The translations under genes were made by a program, and so were the position numbers. Positions 23,762 through 31,521 of a stretch of DNA of 64,000 nt are shown in pieces. The notes under the pieces are model-generated. The model worked only from the letters and a program-made list of their open reading frames with translations. It was not told the DNA's origin and did not search any database. This DNA is from Flavobacteriales bacterium (GTDB lineage Bacteria > Bacteroidota > Bacteroidia > Palsa-965), in contig JBEIPA010000001.1 in assembly GCA_040377305.1 (NCBI GenBank), positions 64,001 to 128,000 on the forward strand. Direction: 5' to 3'. Every line of letters begins with the position of its first letter. Position 1 is the stretch's first letter.

Positions 23762-24811
23762 ATGAGTCTATTCCGTGTTACCGGTGCAGAAATTAAGGGC
23801 ATCAGTGCTGCAGTTCCTGCGACGGTAGTCAGTAACCGCGATTATGAAATTATTTCGCCTGCTGAGCGGGAAGTACTGATAAAGACTACCGGCATCGAGA
23901 AGCGCCATATTGCACACCATGGAGAGACAACCGGCGACTTGTGTTATGCAGCGGCAGAAAAACTCATTACTTCGCTGCGTTGGGACAAATCAGAAATTGA
24001 TCTGCTCATTTTTGTATCCCAATCACCGGATCATTTCCTACCGGCTACATCCATCATTCTGCAGGATCGCTTAGGATTAAGTAAGACCACAGTTGCATTC
24101 GACATTCTGCTGGGCTGCAGCGGTTACGTATATGGCTTGTCGGTAATATCATCGATGATGGCTACCGGAGGATTCCGGAAAGCGCTTCTTCTTGCAGGAG
24201 ACATTTCCTCTGCCGGTGTTAATGTGAAAGATAAAAGTACTTATCCCTTATTCGGTGATGCCGGTACTGCAACAGCAATAGAATATAATCGCGGTTATCA
24301 AATTACTTTTAATCTTCAGAGTGATGGCTCAGGAAAAGACGCGATAATCATTCCGCACGGTGGAGTTAAATACCCGATCACAGCCGAGTCGCTGGTAGAA
24401 AAAGAATATGAACCAGGAATTACCCGGCACATGCGTAACCTGGCATTGAACGGGATGGATGTATTTAATTTCTCGGTCAGAGAAGCGCCGCCCAATGTTA
24501 AAGCGCTACTGGATTACTGTGAAAAGAGTGCGGAAGATGTTGACCTCTTCGTGATGCATCAGGCGAATTTTCTTATGAATGAAACGATCAGAAAGAAGCT
24601 GAAATTCCCGGCTGATAAAACGCCCTACTCGTTGCGGGAATTCGGGAACACCAGTTCTGCTTCGATTCCGTTGACGCTGGTGAACAGTATGCAGGAAGTT
24701 CAGAAATCGTCAACGCGGGTGCTGCTTTCTGCATTCGGTGTGGGCTTATCGTGGGGTTCCTGTTATCTTGAAGCAAACAACTGGTCGTGTCCTCCAATTC
24801 AAACTATATGA
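23762..24811 (+). CDS. ketoacyl-ACP synthase III (FabH-like), second paralog
   Basis: LGCSGY, FGDAG, MHQAN, GNTSSASIP, AFGVGLSW. Confidence 0.93.
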   Translation: MSLFRVTGAEIKGISAAVPATVVSNRDYEIISPAEREVLIKTTGIEKRHIAHHGETTGDLCYAAAEKLITSLRWDKSEIDLLIFVSQSPDHFLPATSIILQDRLGLSKTTVAFDILLGCSGYVYGLSVISSMMATGGFRKALLLAGDISSAGVNVKDKSTYPLFGDAGTATAIEYNRGYQITFNLQSDGSGKDAIIIPHGGVKYPITAESLVEKEYEPGITRHMRNLALNGMDVFNFSVREAPPNVKALLDYCEKSAEDVDLFVMHQANFLMNETIRKKLKFPADKTPYSLREFGNTSSASIPLTLVNSMQEVQKSSTRVLLSAFGVGLSWGSCYLEANNWSCPPIQTI

Positions 24812-25545
24812 GCACTCCGTTTCATCTTCACGGTAAAACATTTCTCGTTACAGGAGCATCTTCCGGCATTGGAAGTCACACAGCGAAGCGAATCACCGAA
24901 ATGGGTGGAAACGTTATCCTGAACGGACGTGATGCAGCCCGACTGAGTGCAACCGCAGAGGAATGTGGTACTACGGAAATTATTGCTGCCGATATATGCA
25001 CGCCAGAAGGCCGGGAATTGATTGCAAAGAAGGTAACAGGTCTTGACGGACTCGTAAACTGCGCAGGTACTGTTCACCCATTTCCTGTACGATTCATTGA
25101 TCAGAAGAAAATGGATCAGACCATGCAGATCAATTTTGAAGCGCCTGTTTTGTTGACTTCCCTTTTGCTGAAAGAAAAAAAAATAAAACCGGAAAGTTCG
25201 CTGGTTTACTTAAGTTCGATTTCATCTGCACGGCCGCAGGCTGGAGCGTCGTTATACGGTGCTTCCAAAGCAGGCATCGAATCGTTTGTGAAGGTGCTGG
25301 CGCAGGAATTACATTCTTCAAAGATTCGCGTGAATAGTGTTGCACCTGCGATGGTGAAAACGCCGATGTTTGATCGTGCTGAAGAAATGGTTTCGAAGGA
25401 AGAAATGGATAATCATCTTGAGAAATATTTGTTGGGTGTTGGACATCCCGAAGACGTTGCCAATGCGGTAATCTTCCTGCTTTCGCCAGCATCGCGGTGG
25501 ATTACAGGAATAAATCTAATTTTAGACGGAGGAGTTCTGCTCTGA
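24808..25545 (+). CDS. SDR family (FabG-like) reductase
   Basis: TGASSGIG, NCAG, YGASK, IRVNSVAP; ATG 24808 overlaps the upstream stop (ATGA). Confidence 0.93.
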   Translation: MSTPFHLHGKTFLVTGASSGIGSHTAKRITEMGGNVILNGRDAARLSATAEECGTTEIIAADICTPEGRELIAKKVTGLDGLVNCAGTVHPFPVRFIDQKKMDQTMQINFEAPVLLTSLLLKEKKIKPESSLVYLSSISSARPQAGASLYGASKAGIESFVKVLAQELHSSKIRVNSVAPAMVKTPMFDRAEEMVSKEEMDNHLEKYLLGVGHPEDVANAVIFLLSPASRWITGINLILDGGVLL

Positions 25546-25551
25546 GAAAAT

Positions 25552-26463
25552 ATGATCGCGTATTCCCTAGTTATTCCGGTTTACAATAGCGCTGCAACAC
25601 TTGCGGAGTTGACTGAGCGTGTGCACGCTGTTATGAATTCGCAAGGATCTTTCGAGTTGCTACTTGTAGATGATGGAAGCTCGGACGAAAGCTGGAAAGC
25701 GCTCATGGAACTCAAGGTGAAAAACCCGGAAACAGTTCGTATAGTAAGACTCAGCAAAAATTTCGGACAGCACAATGCCATTACCTGTGGCTTCACGCTT
25801 TCAAAAGGAGAACACGTTATTACAATAGATGATGATCTGCAACACCCTCCTGAAGAAATTCCCAAACTGATTGCAAAGCTGAAAGAAACGGATGCGGACG
25901 TGGTTTACGGCATTCCGAAAACGCGTCGTCACAGTGCATTTCGGGTTGCTGGAAGTTATTTCACCCGTCGTTCATCTAATCTGGTGAATGGAAATACCGA
26001 AGGAAGCTCGTTCCGTATCATACGCAAAAGTGTTGTTGAGCAGGTGAGCAGTCATCACAACAATGCCATGATTTTCATTGACGAAATTCTGAGCTGGTAT
26101 ACTTCATTGATCAGTACAGTGGATGTTGAACATCACGAACGCAAGAAAGGAAAGTCGGGTTACACAAATCTGGGGCTGATCCGCTTGTACCTGGATATTG
26201 TGATTAATCACTCGGCATTTCCTCTGAAGCTTATGACGTGGCTCGGATTTCTTTCTTCGCTCATTACTCTCTTTTTAGGAGTAGTTTTTATTGCTAGAAA
26301 GTTCCTGATGAATGTTCCGGTTGGCTTCACTGCACAAATTGTAGCCATCCTTTTCTCGGCGAGCATTCTCATGATGTGCATGGGAATTGTTGGACAATAT
26401 CTTTACAAACTTTTCTTGTTGCAAAACCGCAAGCCGAATTTCAGCATTCGGGAACAGCACTAA
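25552..26463 (+). CDS. GT2 polyprenol-phosphate glycosyltransferase (GtrB/ArnC-like)
   Basis: SLVIPVYN, VDDGSSD, LSKNFGQHNA, IDDDLQHPP; two C-terminal TM helices. Confidence 0.92.
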   Translation: MIAYSLVIPVYNSAATLAELTERVHAVMNSQGSFELLLVDDGSSDESWKALMELKVKNPETVRIVRLSKNFGQHNAITCGFTLSKGEHVITIDDDLQHPPEEIPKLIAKLKETDADVVYGIPKTRRHSAFRVAGSYFTRRSSNLVNGNTEGSSFRIIRKSVVEQVSSHHNNAMIFIDEILSWYTSLISTVDVEHHERKKGKSGYTNLGLIRLYLDIVINHSAFPLKLMTWLGFLSSLITLFLGVVFIARKFLMNVPVGFTAQIVAILFSASILMMCMGIVGQYLYKLFLLQNRKPNFSIREQH

Positions 26464-26473
26464 ACTTAGGCTC

Positions 26474-27124
26474 GTGATACTGGAAGGTTATGGCATAGTA
26501 CTTACTCGTCTTACCGTGCACGATCTTGAACTGGTGCGTGTGCAGAGAAATTCTGATACGGTGCGTTCGTTCATGCACTTCCGGGATGAGATCACTCCGG
26601 AAATGCAGGTAAAGTGGTTTTCTTCAATCGACAATGAGCACAACAATTATTTTCTGATTCATCATGGAAATGAAAAGGTTGGAATGATCAGTGGCGCAGA
26701 AATTGATTGGACGAACATGGAAACGCATAACGGAGGATTGTTTATTTGGGATTCAACCTTATGGGGGACGCCCATTCCCTTGATGGCGGCATTGTTGCTG
26801 ACAGAACTTTCTATTCGGCTTGGGTTCCGGAAGACGTTTGTCCGCGTGTTACCAGAAAATAAACGCGCTATAGAATTCAACAGGCACATGGGTTATGTGA
26901 GAGCACAGGAGCAGCATCATGAACCGCTTGAGACCTATTCATTGACTTCAGAGCAGTTTTTCAATGCTACTGAAGATTTGCGTGCGAAGGCTAGTGCCAT
27001 GGCTCCAGGAAAATTGCGCTGCACTATTGATGACAAGAATCATCCGGCTAGCTCAAATCTTGTTCGTGTATATGGCCTGCTCACGGATGAACAGAAATCC
27101 AATTTTGACTTTATTGTGAAGTAG
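26474..27124 (+). CDS. GNAT N-acyltransferase (PseH-like)
   Basis: DLELVR..RN, ITPEMQVKWF, VLPENKRAIEFN..MGY; GTG start at 26474 preferred over the track start inside the GT2 gene. Confidence 0.75.
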   Translation: MILEGYGIVLTRLTVHDLELVRVQRNSDTVRSFMHFRDEITPEMQVKWFSSIDNEHNNYFLIHHGNEKVGMISGAEIDWTNMETHNGGLFIWDSTLWGTPIPLMAALLLTELSIRLGFRKTFVRVLPENKRAIEFNRHMGYVRAQEQHHEPLETYSLTSEQFFNATEDLRAKASAMAPGKLRCTIDDKNHPASSNLVRVYGLLTDEQKSNFDFIVK

Positions 27125-27946
27125 ATGATAACCGATAAGCTTCTCTTTCTTCATATACCTAAAACTGCCGGCACGAGCGTACATAACGTTTTGCACAGGC
27201 ATTTTAGCAAGAGGGAGCAAGTTGAAACGAATGTGTTTATCAATTCAAATGTATTAGCAACACTTACGCCGGATCGAATGAAGTCACTCCGATTAGTTCG
27301 CGGTCATTTTGTATTTGGTGAACATCAAGCACTCGGTGATGTTAAGTTCGAGTATACTACGATGTTGCGGGAACCGATCGATCGTTGCGTTTCGCATTAC
27401 TATTTTAATCTCGCTGAGCAAGACCACAAGAAAAAACCGGGCGGAAGAAGAATTAATGTTTCACTGAAAGAATTGTGTGAGACCGGAGATTATTTGTTTG
27501 TGGATAATTTGCAAGTCCGCTTTCTATCAGGGAATCCGAAAGTTGCGATTGGATCTGTAACGCGAGAGATGCTGGAAGAAGCGTGGGAGAATCTGAACAA
27601 ACATTTTCCGGTGATCGGAATCCAGGAGCAGTTCGATGCATACATCCTGATGTTGTGCGATCGTTACGAGCTCAAAATTCCGTTTTACAGAAAGCAACGC
27701 GTGAATAAAGGAAGAAAAGCGGTTACGGAACTGGATGATGCTACGCGTAAAGCGGTTGTTGCAAAGAATTTGCTCGATATTGAATTATATGAACGCGTGA
27801 GGAAGAAAGTAATGGAGGAAATTAATGAGAAGGGTGAGGATTTTCAGAGGAGAATCAGGAGGTTTCAAAAGATGAATGCGTTTTTGTCGAACGTGGCGAA
27901 TTGGTTGCCGTTTATGGGAAAGGTCACCAGAGTTAGTCAGAAGTAA
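27125..27946 (+). CDS. sulfotransferase (family 2-like)
   Basis: PAPS 5'-PSB loop LFLHIPKTAGTS; LREPIDRCVSHY; NLLDIELY. Confidence 0.9.
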   Translation: MITDKLLFLHIPKTAGTSVHNVLHRHFSKREQVETNVFINSNVLATLTPDRMKSLRLVRGHFVFGEHQALGDVKFEYTTMLREPIDRCVSHYYFNLAEQDHKKKPGGRRINVSLKELCETGDYLFVDNLQVRFLSGNPKVAIGSVTREMLEEAWENLNKHFPVIGIQEQFDAYILMLCDRYELKIPFYRKQRVNKGRKAVTELDDATRKAVVAKNLLDIELYERVRKKVMEEINEKGEDFQRRIRRFQKMNAFLSNVANWLPFMGKVTRVSQK

Positions 27947-27972
27947 GGCCCGGATTGTGCCTAAAAATATGC

Positions 27973-28060
27973 CGCAGATTCGCAGATTACCGCAGATTCG
28001 TTGAGGCCGAGATATTACCTGACGGAGATTGTAGGATCGTACGCGGAAAAGGCGGAAAGG
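27973..28060. repeat. short-period repeats (CGCAGATT x3; GCGGAAA x2) at a convergent gene junction
   Basis: CGCAGATT at 27973, 27981 and 27991; ACGCGGAAAAGGCGGAAAGG at 28041-28060. Confidence 0.65.
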
Positions 28061-28078
28061 ACTGCCAGTAAACGGATT

Positions 28079-29026
28079 TTAGTCCTCTTCCCGAAAATTC
28101 ACTTTGCGTTGCAGCCATTCGTAATAACGATGTGCGAGACCGGGAATTTCTTTGCGAGTTGGTTTTGGGCGATGAGAATTCCATTGGGAGAAATCCAAAG
28201 AACACATTGTGCGGTAATCGTAAGTTGGATTCATCAGCCAACGGAAATGGCGACGGAAAAATCCGAGTCCGGCACCAGGGAATTTCGCAATCTGCATGTG
28301 GGGTTTCAATTTCTTCAGCAGTGTTCTGAATTCCTTTCGATTGTGCGCGTAATATTCTGAATTGCCCCAGGATTTCACGAGATCAATTCCAAGGTGGAAT
28401 GTGAGGTGTTGATTCGCGAGCAAAACCGGATTCTCTGCGAAGGTGAAAATGTTGTGGAAGATGTCGCCACCGGCCATGGGAATACCTATGCAGATGTTCG
28501 TCTTCACAAATTTATTGTGGAGCGATTTTTTGAAAACGAAACAATCGAAGCCGATGTGTTCACTACCAGCGTGAGCGAGCATCACTTCAAATGGTTGATC
28601 AATCAAACGTGCCGGAATCCTACGACGGTTAATGACCAGTGCGTCGTGGCCACGTTTGAGAAATTCTGTAATTGCATTGTAAAACCATGGAGTGAGTGCA
28701 ATGTCTGCATTTGAAAAAACAATGTACTCCGCCGCAGACGCTTTTACACCTTCATCAAGTATATCCGATACAATGGGAAGGTTTCTGGAGGTAGAAAACG
28801 AACTTACGTCACCCACATTTCTCCTTAAGACGGCTGTTCTCTCCGCAAAACCAACATCGGCAGACGAATTACTGCCAATGGCGGCTATTGTTTCTACTGT
28901 TACACCGGAATTCAGATATTGCTTCGCACGACGGATTGATTCAATGGTTATGCGCTGAATTTTCTCCAGTTCTGCATTCTCTGCAGCTGAAACGATATTG
29001 ATGATATGCGAGAAAGAGTAACTCAC
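28079..29026 (-). CDS. uncharacterised GT-A-like protein, paralog 2
   Basis: 315 aa; YIVFSNADI (DxD-like), DALVINRRR, GFDCFVFKK; clearly similar to its neighbour. Confidence 0.6.
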   Translation of the reverse strand: MSYSFSHIINIVSAAENAELEKIQRITIESIRRAKQYLNSGVTVETIAAIGSNSSADVGFAERTAVLRRNVGDVSSFSTSRNLPIVSDILDEGVKASAAEYIVFSNADIALTPWFYNAITEFLKRGHDALVINRRRIPARLIDQPFEVMLAHAGSEHIGFDCFVFKKSLHNKFVKTNICIGIPMAGGDIFHNIFTFAENPVLLANQHLTFHLGIDLVKSWGNSEYYAHNRKEFRTLLKKLKPHMQIAKFPGAGLGFFRRHFRWLMNPTYDYRTMCSLDFSQWNSHRPKPTRKEIPGLAHRYYEWLQRKVNFREED

Positions 29027-29943
29027 TCGTCAAAGTTAATGCGAGTCGACTTCCATTCCTGCCAATTGGAATCTCCCTCGGTGGATTTCTTGATTGTTCT
29101 TCCATCGAATAGCTTCTTCATGTCCATTGCAAACATCATTGGATAGTGAAAGAGCGGATTGAGGAACCACTTTTTGTGTCTGCTGAAGAAAGGAAGGTTA
29201 TATCCCGGGAATTTTTCAATGCGAAAGTTCTTACGTTCGTCTGCCAGGAACTTTTTAATCTCCGATTTCTGAAAAGCTGCGACCTCAGGGCCCTTCCAAT
29301 CCTGCACGATCTCCATTCCGATGTGGAGCGTGAGATGTTTGTTTGCAAGGACGACACATTTCTCAGCATGCAAGAACAAATTGTGCGCAAGCATGAATCC
29401 AACTCCGGGAGCGCCAACGCAAATATTTCCGAGTGACAATTTATTGATCAACCCCTTTTTCATCACAAAACAATCGTAACCCGGATGTGGTCGACCGGTT
29501 TCGTTGAATAACAGTTCGGGCTTGTTGATCAGCTCCTTCCCTACTCTTCGGCGATTAATCAGGAGTGCATCGCATTTTTCGCTTTCAAGAATTGCGGCAA
29601 CTCCGTCGTAAAACTGAGGAACCGGAATGATATCCATGTTGGACCAAATCACGAAATCACAGTCAGCATTCGCCGCACGATCAAGAATTTCCTTCAGCAG
29701 CGGGAGCTTTGGCGACTTGCTGTTTCCTGAAACAGTTTGAAGATTTGACTGCAAATCGGGTGTTAGTTCCAGTATTGAAGGAACGAGGCCACGATCTTCC
29801 GTAAACTGAGCTGAGAGCAATTTCACTGGTGAACGCGTGTTCTTCGATGCCTTTTCGAGCATAGAAATCGTCAGCACTTGAACAGCACCGAGCTTTCCAT
29901 CAATTGCGTAAGGATTTACTATATGCGCGAATCGCAAGGGCAT
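29023..29943 (-). CDS. uncharacterised GT-A-like protein, paralog 1
   Basis: 306 aa; FVIWSNMDI, DALLINRRR, HPGYDCFVMKK; 4-bp overlap with paralog 2. Confidence 0.6.
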   Translation of the reverse strand: MPLRFAHIVNPYAIDGKLGAVQVLTISMLEKASKNTRSPVKLLSAQFTEDRGLVPSILELTPDLQSNLQTVSGNSKSPKLPLLKEILDRAANADCDFVIWSNMDIIPVPQFYDGVAAILESEKCDALLINRRRVGKELINKPELLFNETGRPHPGYDCFVMKKGLINKLSLGNICVGAPGVGFMLAHNLFLHAEKCVVLANKHLTLHIGMEIVQDWKGPEVAAFQKSEIKKFLADERKNFRIEKFPGYNLPFFSRHKKWFLNPLFHYPMMFAMDMKKLFDGRTIKKSTEGDSNWQEWKSTRINFDE

Positions 29944-30056
29944 CCCTCGAAAGTAGTGTTTTTAGTTAAATTTGAACCACACAGGAACATAGGCACATAT
30001 TTGTGCCGCGTGCAGCAGCGATCCTGAATGGTAAGCACATTTCAGACAACAACCCG

Positions 30057-30764
30057 ATGATCATTATCAGTTCAGGTTTTCCTAAGTCGGCAAGTACGCT
30101 GCTATTCCTGTACACTGAATCGTTGATCAATGCCTCCGGAAAATCGAAGGGACAAAAACTGTTTCGTCGAAATAACACAGAAGGGTTTACGCCACACTTC
30201 GGAATATTCAATACGCTGTGGTACGTATTCGCTTCGTTATTTGGACCCGTTGTAATTAAAACTCATTCCGGTCCAACTTTCTTTGTGCGTGCGTTGATTT
30301 CGTTAGGACTTGCAAAGGCGTATTACTCAGTTCGTGATCCACGTGATGCTATGTTATCAGCTATGGATCACGGAGTGAAAGCCAGGACGAATGGAATAAA
30401 ATCAGATTCCGATGTTGCGTTCGCACCTTTTAAACAATGGAAAGATGCTTTGCCTGTTTTTCAAATGCATCAATCGCGATTTGAAGCATGGAAGAATTAC
30501 GGAGAGGTCATTTTCCCCAGATACGAGCTGCTCATGACGCAACCAAAAGTAGAATTGGAGAAAGTCGTGGGGCACCTTGGACGAAATTCCCTGAAGAAAT
30601 ATATTGATATTACCGTCGCAGAATTTCTGCAAAATAAAAGCACGACGAAGAATTTTAATAAGGGAAATGTGTCGCGATACAAAACGGAGTTAAGTGAAAA
30701 TCAAATTTCGGAATTAGAAAATGCATTAGGGTCTTGTGTTGAATCAATGGGGTATTCGAAGTGA
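30057..30764 (+). CDS. sulfotransferase-domain protein
   Basis: SGFPKSAST, IKTH, VRDPRDAMLS, RYELL, FNKG; ATG 30057 preferred as start. Confidence 0.85.
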   Translation: MIIISSGFPKSASTLLFLYTESLINASGKSKGQKLFRRNNTEGFTPHFGIFNTLWYVFASLFGPVVIKTHSGPTFFVRALISLGLAKAYYSVRDPRDAMLSAMDHGVKARTNGIKSDSDVAFAPFKQWKDALPVFQMHQSRFEAWKNYGEVIFPRYELLMTQPKVELEKVVGHLGRNSLKKYIDITVAEFLQNKSTTKNFNKGNVSRYKTELSENQISELENALGSCVESMGYSK

Positions 30765-31519
30765 TTAAAGGACTGCGCTATTACAATGCCTATTTGAAAG
30801 ACAAACGTCTGTTCAAGGAAGCTGGTATTGGAGATCGCGATGTTTTCCTTGCTTCATTTCCGAAATCCGGAAACACCTGGCTACGATACATTCTTGCACG
30901 GGCACTGTATCCTGAATCACAAATCAATCAGGAAAATCTCCAGCACTATTTTCCGACAGTTTACAGAAACTCTACACAAGAAATAAAGAAGCTTTCATCG
31001 CCGCGATACATCAAGACACACTCTGCATTTTTTAGTTTGTACCCGAAGTGCATTTATATTATTCGTGATTATCGTCAGGTTATATTATCAGCGTGGCATC
31101 ATGCGAAGAACAAATCGAACTACATGGGTTCACTTGATGAGTTCGTTGATTCGAAAATGATAAATGCATTCGGGCCATGGTTTTGGCATGTTACGGAAGC
31201 GTTGAACTTTCAAGAGTCGGCTCCGGAAAAAATGTTGATTCTTCGTTACGAATCAATGCTGAGTGATCCCGCAAAGTCTGTGAATGAAATTCTGAAGTTC
31301 ACAAATCTCCAGCCCATAATCCCGGTTGAAGAAATCGTTGAGAAGACGAGTTTTGTGCGACTGCAGACCATGGAGAAACAAGGCGGACAAAACCCTGAAC
31401 AACTATTCTTTCGGTCCGGCACAAATGATGATTGGAAAAAGACGGCGGATTGGGTACTCGAGAATAAGTTATTGGACAAACCAACTCATGAAGTGATGAA
31501 GCGCTGCGGATATATTTAG
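30761..31519 (+). CDS. sulfotransferase (family 1)
   Basis: DVFLASFPKSGNTW, IKTH, IIRD, RYE, FFRSG..DDW. Confidence 0.92.
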   Translation: MIKGLRYYNAYLKDKRLFKEAGIGDRDVFLASFPKSGNTWLRYILARALYPESQINQENLQHYFPTVYRNSTQEIKKLSSPRYIKTHSAFFSLYPKCIYIIRDYRQVILSAWHHAKNKSNYMGSLDEFVDSKMINAFGPWFWHVTEALNFQESAPEKMLILRYESMLSDPAKSVNEILKFTNLQPIIPVEEIVEKTSFVRLQTMEKQGGQNPEQLFFRSGTNDDWKKTADWVLENKLLDKPTHEVMKRCGYI

Positions 31520-31521
31520 AA

